The notes under the pieces: model-generated
What the model saw: the letters and a program-made list of their open reading frames with translations, nothing else
What the model was told of the DNA's origin: nothing
Database searches by the model: none
Origin: an uncultured Candidatus Saccharibacteria bacterium
Lineage (GTDB): Bacteria; Patescibacteriota; Minisyncoccia; Phycocordibacterales; UBA9973
Direction of reading: 5' to 3'
Length of the DNA: 60,336 bases
NCBI GenBank assembly: GCA_964446965.1
Contig: CAYUQD010000004.1
Coordinates: forward strand, 1 to 60,336
Program-made: the position numbers and the translations under genes
In this document: positions 26,629 through 35,388 of the stretch, piece after piece
Layout: each line of letters starts with the position of its first letter
Position numbering within the stretch: position 1 is the first letter of the stretch

Positions 26629-26970
26629 TTATCTGGGAGGAGTTTTCTTTTCAAGCCCCTTTCTCCATCCGCCGAGCATTTTTCCTATCTCATCCAACTG
26701 TTCGGAGAGCGTTGCGTACTTGTCATTCGGCAGGCATTTGTTTTCCCATGCCAATTGCAAAAAGAATTTCACCCCGTCGAGCTTTGATATTGAAATGGTG
26801 ATGCGGTTTATCTTCTGATCACCCGAAAGGTATAGGGATACAAAAATGTTTTCTAACAATTCTAAAAAGTAGCTATCAATCTTGCCACCAAGGTTGTGAC
26901 GATAGGTCTTTGGAAAATCCGCCAGTAATTTAAACCAGACTGAATACGATTCTTTCGCTTTTACGAGCAC
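26629..26970 (-). CDS. avd: Avd-like four-helix-bundle protein (23S rRNA IVS protein family), antisense to TR and RT
   Basis: KESYSVWFKLLADFPKTYRHNLGGKIDSYFLELLENI....KLDGVKFFLQLAWENKCL...Y..L.EQLDEIGKMLGGW. GTG 26970 preferred as start; ATG 27108 would overlap the RT start. Confidence 0.6.
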   Translation of the reverse strand: MLVKAKESYSVWFKLLADFPKTYRHNLGGKIDSYFLELLENIFVSLYLSGDQKINRITISISKLDGVKFFLQLAWENKCLPNDKYATLSEQLDEIGKMLGGWRKGLEKKTPPR

Positions 26971-26981
26971 TGTAGGTGTTC

Positions 26982-26990
26982 GGGGGGGGG
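26982..26990. repeat. Homopolymeric G9 (C9 on the avd strand)
   Basis: cggggggggg read directly. It lies between the avd GTG start and the RT start, or inside avd if ATG 27108 is used. Confidence 0.9.
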
Positions 26991-27019
26991 TAAATTTATA
27001 GGCATAGTAATTGGATAAA

Positions 27020-28042
27020 ATGTATATGAAAAAATTCGGAAACTCGTATAACAATATCATAACGACCTCAAATTTGCTCCGGGCGTGGGAAGAGTTTTTG
27101 GCAGGCAAAAAGAACCGGGCTGATGTCGCTGCATTTCAGTATCGACTCATGAACAATATCTGCGATCTGCATCAGGAACTTGCCGATAAAACATACAGGC
27201 ACGGTGCGTACCACGCATTCAACATCTCCGATCCAAAGCCGAGGAATATTCACAAGGCTACGGTCCGGGACCGATTACTGCATCATTTGCTCCACGCTGA
27301 AATGTATCCGTACTTCGACAAGAAGTTTATTTACGATTCGTATTCATGCCGTATCAATAAGGGTACGCACAAATCCATGGATCGTTTCAGGGATTTCGGC
27401 CGCATCGTTTCCAAGAATGACACTCGCGCATGTTGGGTCCTGAAGTGCGACATCAGGAAGTTCTTCGCCAATATCGACCATGCCATTCTGAAGGAGATAC
27501 TTGCGCGGCACATCGAGGATACTGACCTCTTGCAACTGCTCGGGCATATCATTGATAGCTTTTCGACGCAGGGAAGGACTGACGTTGGGTTGCCACTAGG
27601 GAACCTCACAAGTCAGTTACTGGTAAACGTCTACATGAACGAATTTGATCATTTCATGAAGCGGACGCTCAAGGTTACCCACTATATCCGTTACGCCGAT
27701 GACTTTGCCATTCTCCACCAGGACCCGAGCTATCTAGCGAGCCTTATTCCGCAAATCTCCGATTTCCTTGAGACCAAGCTGAAACTGTCATTGCACCCTG
27801 ACAAGGTATTCATCAAAACCCTCGCCTCGGGCGTTGATTTCTTGGGATGGGTGCATTTCCCGCATCATCGAGTTTTGCGTACTGCAACGAAACGGCGAAT
27901 GTTTGCCAACCCAGGCATTTACGCTGCCGATGAGGCTGTCGTGAATTCATACCGAGGGCTACTGTCGCATGGCGATGGATACAAGTTGGTCCGGACGATC
28001 GAGGACATTTCGGCGAACGTGCCATCGCCTGAAATCGGCTGA
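27020..28042 (+). CDS. DGR reverse transcriptase
   Basis: GLPLGNLTSQLLVNVYMNEFDHFMK (DGR-type motif 4 ending in SQ), YIRYADDF (YxDD), RNIHKATVRDRLLHH. No maturase or endonuclease domain. Confidence 0.9.
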   Translation: MYMKKFGNSYNNIITTSNLLRAWEEFLAGKKNRADVAAFQYRLMNNICDLHQELADKTYRHGAYHAFNISDPKPRNIHKATVRDRLLHHLLHAEMYPYFDKKFIYDSYSCRINKGTHKSMDRFRDFGRIVSKNDTRACWVLKCDIRKFFANIDHAILKEILARHIEDTDLLQLLGHIIDSFSTQGRTDVGLPLGNLTSQLLVNVYMNEFDHFMKRTLKVTHYIRYADDFAILHQDPSYLASLIPQISDFLETKLKLSLHPDKVFIKTLASGVDFLGWVHFPHHRVLRTATKRRMFANPGIYAADEAVVNSYRGLLSHGDGYKLVRTIEDISANVPSPEIG

Positions 28043-28098
28043 ACGAGGGGGTTGAAAATGTGAAGGGGGACAAAGTCTCGAATGCGGTTTGAAGAGCT

Positions 28099-28131
28099 CA
28101 CACGGGGCAAAATACGCGCGAATTATGCCAA
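28099..28131. repeat. Copy B of the ~33-nt direct repeat
   Basis: See copy A at 23726-23758. About 27 of 33 positions are identical by hand alignment. Confidence 0.7.
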
Positions 28132-28277
28132 TTGTAATTCCTTCTTCTTGTCGGCAATCAGCCTTAGTTTCTCTCGTAAAATTTGCATATACCCCTCGTC
28201 GAGAAGTATAGTTAGAAGGTCATTCTGACTCTGCCCCAATAATCCATAAGAGAGTATTTGTTTGCTACAATTCTCTC

Positions 28278-28673
28278 ATGTCATCATTTGAATCATTCCC
28301 AGGCAAAGTTGAAAAAGCACAAGTAATCGAAGCTTATAAAAAACTAATTGAAAAAGGTATAACCAACCCCTACGATTACAAAGAAACCGATACGGATGCA
28401 AAAATAGCGAATGATTTGTGTACAAAGTATTTCGAACAATTGGACCAAAGCGCAGAAGTTGATCCAACATTGAAACATCGAGTGAATTTCGAGAAAACAT
28501 TCTTTTACCTTGACGCCGGATTTACTGACCCAGATTATGTAGAAGAAGTGTTAGTGGAATGGGTTCCAGAAGATCTCGCAGAAGCTGAGGAATCAGATCC
28601 GGCACTTGCACAAGAGATGAAAGAAAAAATTGCTCATTACAAAGCAATACTACTCCCTGATCTCAAGGAATAA
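28278..28673 (+). CDS. Hypothetical acidic protein
   Basis: 131-aa ORF, AT-richer than the following genes. May still belong to the island. Confidence 0.45.
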   Translation: MSSFESFPGKVEKAQVIEAYKKLIEKGITNPYDYKETDTDAKIANDLCTKYFEQLDQSAEVDPTLKHRVNFEKTFFYLDAGFTDPDYVEEVLVEWVPEDLAEAEESDPALAQEMKEKIAHYKAILLPDLKE

Positions 28674-28778
28674 AATTTGAAAATTCTCCCAAAAGTGCTA
28701 TAACATCCTGACAAGGACGTGTTCTATACTCCAAGGCAAGTATGACGCTAGTCATGAACTCGAAGACCTTGTAGGTAT

Positions 28779-30284
28779 ATGAAAACAGTCTCCCTCAAAA
28801 ACATAACGCACGGATTTCTCGAAAAGCCAGTCCTCACTGGTGTCTCTTTCAAATTCACGGATAGTGAGCGCATCTGTATTGTGGGTGATAACGGTACCGG
28901 CAAGTCAACGTTGCTCAAGATCATCGCGGGTGAAATAGAACCCGACAACGGCAGAGTCGAAACGACGGGTCATGTCCGCTACTACTACGTCCCTCAAGAA
29001 TTCCCGCACGACCACCTCACCGAGACAGTCGAACACTTTCTCGAGACCTTCGCTGGCAAGACTTTGCTCAAGAAGGCATTCGCGTTTGGCACTGCGCTCG
29101 GATTTAACCTCGAGAAGCACCTCGCAAAAGAATGTCGACTCCTCTCGGGAGGACAGCAAAAGATCCTCGCGCTCTCTGTCGGTCTCGCGTCGGCCCCTGA
29201 CTTCCTCATGCTCGACGAGCCCGAGAACCACCTCGACATCGTGAGTCGTCTCGAACTCATCAAAGTGTTGCAGCAATATCGCGGTGGTATATTATTCGTC
29301 TCTCACGATCGCCTCATGGTCGACTCAGTCGCAACCAAAGTCGCCGAAGTCACTGGTGGCAAAGCATATATCTCCGAAGGTGGATACCAAGACTACATTG
29401 ACCAGCGACTCTCTCGTATCGCGGGACTCCAACGTGCGTTCGACAACGACTCTCGTCGTATCAAGCAACTCCAAGCCATGCTCCCGATCCTCGAACAAAA
29501 GGCGTTCCGTGGCAAGGACGTACCGACATTCCTCAAGCGCAAAGCCGAGCTCGCAGAGCTCAAGGAAAAGCAAGCAGATAGTCCTCGTGCTCGAGACTCT
29601 CGTACTTCGATCAAGCTCGCACAGAGTACAAGTGCGCTCCACAACGGCAAACTACTGTGTCGTATCGAAGACGCGTCGTTCCGATATCCGGATCGGGCAG
29701 GGGATATCTTTCACGATGTATCATTCGACATTCGCACTGGCAACCATCTCGTCCTGTTGGGCCGCAACGGTACCGGCAAGTCAACATTTCTCAAATCAAT
29801 CACTGGAGAGCTCGCGCTTGGAGCAGGGAGTGTGCGATGGATCGAGGGAGTAACTCGTGCATATTTTGATCAGCACACAGCATTCGATCCTGCCAAGACC
29901 GCAATCGAAGTTATTGTTGAGACGCTCGGACTCACTGATATCAAGGCTCGTGCGGCGCTGGGTGCGATGAAATTTTCAACAGACAAAATGGAGACCAAGA
30001 CTGGCGCGCTCTCTGGAGGTGAACGCATGCGATTGCGGTTTGCGATGGTCTTTGGGGTGAACCCAGACTTCATCATTCTCGACGAGCCGACCAACCACCT
30101 CGACGAAGTCACCTGGCAGATCCTCCTCGATGCATGCAATGCAACCAAGGCGACCATCCTCCTCGTCACCCACGACTTCGAGTTCATTCAAGAACTCAAG
30201 GACAAGCACTTCCTCTTGATCAAAAATCAGACCGTTGTAGAGCGCTACAAAGACCTCGAGGAGATTATTGAAGAACTCAGATAG
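28779..30284 (+). CDS. ABC-F family ATPase (two ABC cassettes, no TM domain)
   Basis: GDNGTGKSTLLK / LSGGQQKILAL / LDEPENHLD, then GRNGTGKSTFLK / LSGGERMRL / LDEPTNHLD. Confidence 0.85.
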   Translation: MKTVSLKNITHGFLEKPVLTGVSFKFTDSERICIVGDNGTGKSTLLKIIAGEIEPDNGRVETTGHVRYYYVPQEFPHDHLTETVEHFLETFAGKTLLKKAFAFGTALGFNLEKHLAKECRLLSGGQQKILALSVGLASAPDFLMLDEPENHLDIVSRLELIKVLQQYRGGILFVSHDRLMVDSVATKVAEVTGGKAYISEGGYQDYIDQRLSRIAGLQRAFDNDSRRIKQLQAMLPILEQKAFRGKDVPTFLKRKAELAELKEKQADSPRARDSRTSIKLAQSTSALHNGKLLCRIEDASFRYPDRAGDIFHDVSFDIRTGNHLVLLGRNGTGKSTFLKSITGELALGAGSVRWIEGVTRAYFDQHTAFDPAKTAIEVIVETLGLTDIKARAALGAMKFSTDKMETKTGALSGGERMRLRFAMVFGVNPDFIILDEPTNHLDEVTWQILLDACNATKATILLVTHDFEFIQELKDKHFLLIKNQTVVERYKDLEEIIEELR

Positions 30285-30303
30285 CCTGCTATACTCATTT
30301 CCT

Positions 30304-30801
30304 ATGATATATACCAAAGAAAACCTTATCGCTTCTATTGAAAACGAATTTCGCATTATCAAGCATTTGGCTGAGAAAGTCCCTGCAGATACCGAAGGGT
30401 ACAAGCCAACAGAAGGGCAGCGCACCACACTGGAACTCTTGCAGTACCTCTCATCAGTATTTGCCAATGCGACACATGTCATCTATGAAGGCAACACTGA
30501 TGCGTACAAGACATCTCCATTGACTGGGGCAGATACAACACTTGCAAACTTTGGGGAGAAAATGGACGCACAACTCTCACTCTGGAAGGGGATGATGGAG
30601 AAGTTCGATGATGCGCAACTGCAAACTGTCATCAATATCTACGGTATGGGCGACATGACCAAAGGGCGATACCTCGTGGAGAACCTTATCAAATGGGCAG
30701 GCGCATACAAGATGCAACTCTTTCTCTATATCAAAAGCTCTGGCAATAGTTCTATCGGTACTTCCAATCTCTGGGGTGGGATGGACATGCCGGTGAAATA
30801 A
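30304..30801 (+). CDS. DinB/YfiT-like four-helix-bundle protein (tentative)
   Basis: 166-aa ORF from MIYTKENL. Helical pattern with a C-terminal ...YKMQLFLYIK. Weak assignment. Confidence 0.4.
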   Translation: MIYTKENLIASIENEFRIIKHLAEKVPADTEGYKPTEGQRTTLELLQYLSSVFANATHVIYEGNTDAYKTSPLTGADTTLANFGEKMDAQLSLWKGMMEKFDDAQLQTVINIYGMGDMTKGRYLVENLIKWAGAYKMQLFLYIKSSGNSSIGTSNLWGGMDMPVK

Positions 30802-30804
30802 AGT

Positions 30805-32544
30805 ATGAAAATCCTCAAACTATACCTCCGCAAATACTGGAAAATGTGCGTCCTCGTTGTAGTACTCGCGGTGATCAACACGGTGTTCTCATTGATTGAG
30901 CCCATCATCTACCAGCGCATCATCGATGACTATGCGCTTCGCTTTGACGAGCTTACTCGTGAGGAGTTCTTGCGAGGGACGATAACGCTGTTGCTCGTCT
31001 TTATTGGGACCGCATTTGTATCTCGAGTTGCAAAGAACTTCCAGGACTACTATCTCAATAGAGTCAGTCAAAGATCAGGTGCCGATATGTACAGCCAAGG
31101 TGTGGCGCACTCGCTCGACTTGCCATACGCAGTCTTTGAGGATGAACGCAGTGGTGAGACGCTGGGCAAGTTGCAGAAGGCTCGCACTGATACGGAGAAA
31201 CTTATCCAAGATACGATTAATGTATTTTTTCTCTCAGGTATCACGCTCATCTTTGTACTCGTGTATGCGGCGACTATTTATTGGGTGATCCCTGCTATCT
31301 ATGGAGCAATGGTGTTGATCATCGGTACGATCACGCTCGTATTCTCAAAGAAGATCAAAACAGTGCAGACGCTCATCGTCGCAGAGACGACAGCACTCGC
31401 TGGTTCCACTACTGAAAGTCTGCGCAACATTGAGCTCGTCAAAAGTCTCGGTCTCGCTGGACAGGAAGTGGGACGTCTCAATACGACAACTGAAAAGATT
31501 CTCAAGCTCGAACTCAAGAAACTTAAGTATGTACGCACACTCGACTTCATCCAAGGCACTGTCACCAACTTCATTCGTGCCGCTATCTACCTCTGCCTCT
31601 TTTATTTGATATTCACACGCAAGATTACATTGGGGCAATATTTCTCATTGAATATCTATTCATACTATTTGTTCTTCCCATTGACGATGTTTGCGGGATT
31701 CATCGCAACATACCGCACCGCCGAAGCATCACTTGCTAACTATGAACAACTCATGAACACTTCACCGGAACCTCGTGCAGACAACCCAACTGCAGTGGGT
31801 GACGTCACCAAGCTCGAGTTTGACACTGTCTCATTTGCGTACAAGTCCGCTACCAACCAAGCACTCACTGACATTAGCTACAGTGTGTCCAAAGGCGAGA
31901 CGATTGCATTTGTCGGTCCATCTGGCTCCGGCAAGACATCTCTCGTCAAACTCCTCGTAGGACTCTACGAACCTACCAGTGGCACTATCAAGTATAACGA
32001 CATCGCATATGATGCCATCGACAAAGATGAGCTTCGTGCACAGATCGGATTTGTCACCCAAGATACCCAGCTCTTTTCTGGTACTATCCGCGAAAATCTC
32101 TTGTTCGTCAGTCCAGATGCGTCAGACGAACAATGTCTCGATGCATTGCAAAAAGCACAGTGTCAGAACTTGCTCGAACGAGGAGGTCTCGGGCTCGATA
32201 CTGTCATTGGTGAAGGTGGGGTCAAGGTTTCTGGTGGAGAAAAACAGCGTCTCTCGATTGCTCGCGCACTCTTGCGCAAGCCCCGAGTGCTCATATTTGA
32301 TGAAGCGACATCTGCACTCGACTCCATCACCGAAGAAGAAATCGGCAAGACCATCAAGGATGTGTCTCAGACAGCAGTCCACATCACCATCATGATCGCG
32401 CACCGACTCTCGACCATCATGCATGCAGACCGCATCTATGTACTAGAAAAGGGGATTCTCAGCGAGAGTGGCACCCACGATGAACTCATTGCAAAGCAGA
32501 GCCTGTACCAAGCAATGTGGCGACAGCAGGTGGGGGAACGATAG
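30805..32544 (+). CDS. ABC exporter, fused permease-ATPase (MsbA/multidrug type)
   Basis: Six-TM N-domain. GPSGSGKTSLVKLL, VSGGEKQRLSIARALL, LIFDEATSALD. Confidence 0.85.
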   Translation: MKILKLYLRKYWKMCVLVVVLAVINTVFSLIEPIIYQRIIDDYALRFDELTREEFLRGTITLLLVFIGTAFVSRVAKNFQDYYLNRVSQRSGADMYSQGVAHSLDLPYAVFEDERSGETLGKLQKARTDTEKLIQDTINVFFLSGITLIFVLVYAATIYWVIPAIYGAMVLIIGTITLVFSKKIKTVQTLIVAETTALAGSTTESLRNIELVKSLGLAGQEVGRLNTTTEKILKLELKKLKYVRTLDFIQGTVTNFIRAAIYLCLFYLIFTRKITLGQYFSLNIYSYYLFFPLTMFAGFIATYRTAEASLANYEQLMNTSPEPRADNPTAVGDVTKLEFDTVSFAYKSATNQALTDISYSVSKGETIAFVGPSGSGKTSLVKLLVGLYEPTSGTIKYNDIAYDAIDKDELRAQIGFVTQDTQLFSGTIRENLLFVSPDASDEQCLDALQKAQCQNLLERGGLGLDTVIGEGGVKVSGGEKQRLSIARALLRKPRVLIFDEATSALDSITEEEIGKTIKDVSQTAVHITIMIAHRLSTIMHADRIYVLEKGILSESGTHDELIAKQSLYQAMWRQQVGER

Positions 32545-32593
32545 AAACTTGATATATTTTCCAAGTGTAGTAGAGTGTGGAAAATATTAAATT

Positions 32594-33100
32594 ATGACAA
32601 CAAACACACTTGAGGCAGTGAAAGAGAAGAGATTCTCTGTCACTGGTTTATCTGCAAAAAATGCTGCAAAAATTATTGCTGACATAAACACTGAAAAGAA
32701 ATATTGGTATACAGAGACAAGACCTATGATAAATCCTGTACCAAATATGAGTTGCCAACGGCCTGGTTCAGCTGGAACATCACCGGTTATCTTTGATAAT
32801 TTTAGTAAGGATAAATTTGATGAAAGCTATATGCAATTTGTCCTAGATTGCTCGAAGTGTTTTCCAAAATTTACGATGTATGTTCACGACAGCCATTGCA
32901 TGTTCTACCCAATTTTTGGGATATTGTATCGACCATGGTTTCTTGCTAAAGAATCATATATTCTAAAATTTACTAAATCTAATATACCTGACACAATGTA
33001 TAAGGATTTTGTAGAATATTTGTATTCAAAGACAAATATAAGAAAGCATCAACACTTTGGTTTAGAAGCTATCAAAAAACTATCTCATTACGAGTATTAA
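32594..33100 (+). CDS. Hypothetical protein (AT-rich)
   Basis: 168-aa ORF with no recognisable motif, followed by a terminator. Confidence 0.45.
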   Translation: MTTNTLEAVKEKRFSVTGLSAKNAAKIIADINTEKKYWYTETRPMINPVPNMSCQRPGSAGTSPVIFDNFSKDKFDESYMQFVLDCSKCFPKFTMYVHDSHCMFYPIFGILYRPWFLAKESYILKFTKSNIPDTMYKDFVEYLYSKTNIRKHQHFGLEAIKKLSHYEY

Positions 33101-33112
33101 AGATTACAACAG

Positions 33113-33136
33113 GTCCCTTTAAAAAGGGACTTTTTG
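33113..33136 (+). terminator. Intrinsic terminator
   Basis: gtcccttt-aa-aaagggac followed by ttttt. Confidence 0.6.
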
Positions 33137-33162
33137 CTTGACGACTCTGCTATAGTAAAGAT

Positions 33163-33711
33163 ATGGAAACAGCAACAGCAGTATTTGGCGGAGGATGCTT
33201 TTGGTGTACGGAAGCAGTCTTTAAGATGATGAAGGGGGTGAGTTCGGTATTGCCAGGGTATGCGGGTGGCACGGTGCCAAATCCGACATACGAACAGGTC
33301 TGTGATGGAACGACAGGTCATGCAGAAGTTGTGAAGGTTGAGTATGATCCGACACTCGTGAAGTACGAGGACTTGCTCACGGTATTCATGGGTTCTCATG
33401 ATCCGACGACGCTCAATAGACAGGGAGCTGATGTTGGGACCCAGTATCGCTCAGTCGTTTTTTATACGACACCAGAACAAAAGGAGATTGCCGAGAAGTT
33501 CATACGGGATGCAAATAGTTCAAATGACATGGGCGCACCCATCGTCACAACCATTGAACCTCTCGACATATTTTATGTAGCAGAAGACTATCACAAGGAT
33601 TATTATTCCAATCATCAAAATGCAGGGTACTGCATCGCCGTCATCAATCCCAAGCTCGAAAAGGTACAACAAAAATACGCAGATTTATTACAAGATATGT
33701 ATAAAAAATAA
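33163..33711 (+). CDS. msrA: Peptide-methionine (S)-S-oxide reductase
   Basis: GGGCFWCTEAVF, GHAEVV.V.YDP, DPTTLNRQG.D.GTQYRS. Confidence 0.9.
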   Translation: METATAVFGGGCFWCTEAVFKMMKGVSSVLPGYAGGTVPNPTYEQVCDGTTGHAEVVKVEYDPTLVKYEDLLTVFMGSHDPTTLNRQGADVGTQYRSVVFYTTPEQKEIAEKFIRDANSSNDMGAPIVTTIEPLDIFYVAEDYHKDYYSNHQNAGYCIAVINPKLEKVQQKYADLLQDMYKK

Positions 33712-33712
33712 T

Positions 33713-34141
33713 ATGTCAGACAACATTATCAAAACCGAAGAAGAATGGAAAAAGGAACTGACACCTGAGCAGTACGCAGTGTTGCGCGAGAAGGGAACTG
33801 AGGCTCGCATGAGTAGTGAGCTCCTACATGAGAAGGCAGACGGTACGTATATGTGTGCTGCGTGCGGGAACCCGCTCTTTGCAAGTGACGCGAAGTTTGA
33901 TAGTGGCACTGGTTGGCCGTCATTTGATCAGGTAATTCCTGGATCGGTAGAAGAAGTCGTAGATGAAAGTCATGGCATGCGTCGCGTTGAAGTAGTATGT
34001 GCTCGGTGCAAGAGCCATCTCGGGCATGTCTTCAACGACGGACCAACAGCAACGGGCAACCGATACTGTATGAACGGTGTCTGTCTCGACCTCCAAAAGA
34101 AAGATACATCCGTCGATGACGAGCGCGAGCACAATTGGTAA
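33713..34141 (+). CDS. msrB: Peptide-methionine (R)-S-oxide reductase
   Basis: LTPEQY.V.REKGTE, CAACGNPLF.S..KFDSGTGWPSF, CARCKSHLGHVFNDGP...RYC. ATG 33713. Confidence 0.9.
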   Translation: MSDNIIKTEEEWKKELTPEQYAVLREKGTEARMSSELLHEKADGTYMCAACGNPLFASDAKFDSGTGWPSFDQVIPGSVEEVVDESHGMRRVEVVCARCKSHLGHVFNDGPTATGNRYCMNGVCLDLQKKDTSVDDEREHNW

Positions 34142-34180
34142 ACCTTTCTATAATGGCCAAATTTTGCTAAGCTCTCCACC

Positions 34181-35116
34181 ATGGAACATCAGATTCTTCT
34201 CTTCTACAAATACGTCCACATCGACAACCCCGAAACAACTCGGGATTGGTTTCGTGGGCTCTGTGAAAAGCTCGGCCTCAAGGGTCGCTTGATCGTTGCC
34301 ACAGAAGGGATCAATATCACGCTCGAAGGCGCCAAGGAAAACACCGAAACCTTCATACAAGAAATGGAAAACGATGAACGTTTCCAGCACATCCACATGA
34401 AGCGTAGTGTTGGTACCGGGAATGCATTCCCGAGACTTTCAGTGAAAGTTCGTCCAGAGATCGTATCACTACACCTCGGCGTGTGTGATATCGACCCCAA
34501 TGAAATGACAGGTGTTCATCTTGCGCCTGCAGAACTCCATCAGTGGATTGCCGACGGCAAAGAATTCTACATCGTCGACATGCGCAATGCGTATGAGCAC
34601 GCGATTGGAAAATTCGCAGGATCGATCTGTCCCCCAATGAATAACTTCCGCGATCTGCAAAAGGTAGTGAAAAGCCTCGCGCATCTCAAAGACAAGACAG
34701 TCCTCACGGTCTGTACTGGTGGTGTCCGTTGTGAGAAGGCATCAGGGTATTTGATCTCACAAGGATTCACCGATGTGTATCAACTCGATGGCGGTATCGT
34801 CAGCTATATGGAGCAGTATCCCAACGAAGACTTCGAAGGCAAGCTCTATGTATTCGACGGGCGAGTTGCGATGGGGTTCTACACTGATGACCCAAAGCAC
34901 GTGATCATTGGTACCTGCGAAAACTGCGGTACAAAAAGCGAAAACATTGTTGACTGCCGAAGCGGTGCGTGTAATGGCCAATTCATTATTTGTGAAGACT
35001 GTGAAAAGAAGCAGATAGATGAGAAAGGGATTACCTATTGCCCGAAGGGGTGTGATGGTAAGGTGAAAAGTCCGTTTGGGAAAATAGTGGATAAAGTAAA
35101 AAATATCCTTAAATAA
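34181..35116 (+). CDS. trhO: Rhodanese-domain tRNA uridine(34) hydroxylase (UPF0176/YceA family)
   Basis: ILLFYKY..I.NPE, GRLIVA.EGIN.T, CTGGVRCEKASGYL. Confidence 0.8.
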   Translation: MEHQILLFYKYVHIDNPETTRDWFRGLCEKLGLKGRLIVATEGINITLEGAKENTETFIQEMENDERFQHIHMKRSVGTGNAFPRLSVKVRPEIVSLHLGVCDIDPNEMTGVHLAPAELHQWIADGKEFYIVDMRNAYEHAIGKFAGSICPPMNNFRDLQKVVKSLAHLKDKTVLTVCTGGVRCEKASGYLISQGFTDVYQLDGGIVSYMEQYPNEDFEGKLYVFDGRVAMGFYTDDPKHVIIGTCENCGTKSENIVDCRSGACNGQFIICEDCEKKQIDEKGITYCPKGCDGKVKSPFGKIVDKVKNILK

Positions 35117-35153
35117 AGTTGACAGAAATATTCATTTGTATATACTTTTGAAT

Positions 35154-35384
35154 ATGGACACAACTATCCTCATCAAGACTAAAAAGGAAACAAAACTCAA
35201 AGCTCAGAAGCTCGCCAAAGAACTCGGCCTTTCACTTGCCGATGTGGTCAATGCATCACTGCGACAATTTGTCGTTAACCAAGGTATTACGATTTCCAAA
35301 CTTCCAACTGAGAGCCTCAATGACTATCGCAATAAAGCTGCGATCATGAAGGCATACAAGGAATCGTTTAAAGAGTTCAAATAA
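35154..35384 (+). CDS. RelB/DinJ-type antitoxin
   Basis: ILIKTKKETKLKAQKLAKELGLSLADVVNASLRQFV is a ribbon-helix-helix DinJ-like N-terminus. The gene sits 5 nt upstream of the toxin. Confidence 0.6.
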   Translation: MDTTILIKTKKETKLKAQKLAKELGLSLADVVNASLRQFVVNQGITISKLPTESLNDYRNKAAIMKAYKESFKEFK

Positions 35385-35388
35385 TCGT

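Larger units (their letters stand above)
8734..28277. mobile_element. Putative integrative genomic island next to tRNA-His (serine recombinase, defence genes, IS256, DGR); right boundary approximate
   Basis: Starts at the tRNA 3' end with a recombinase gene. Mixed strandedness, AT-richer by eye, accessory gene content. Plus-strand housekeeping genes resume by 28779. Confidence 0.5.

Noticed and set aside
26122-26818. ORFs 26122-26520, 26504-26818 and 26563-26787 (two of them start [12 protein letters not shown])
   Set aside because: They are read-throughs of the VR/TR repeat and its flanks in non-target frames. The duplicated peptide simply reflects the DNA repeat. Best explained as non-coding DGR RNA region.
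27020-28042. RT as a group II intron or retron RT
   Set aside because: No maturase (X) or endonuclease domain and no intron-like RNA domains were seen. The adenine-specific TR/VR pair and the SQ-type motif 4 point to a DGR.
28043-28778. Duplicated tRNA-His 3' segment marking the right end of the island
   Set aside because: No copy of the tRNA 3' sequence was seen by eye. Serine recombinases need only a 2-nt crossover, so its absence is uninformative. The boundary is left approximate.
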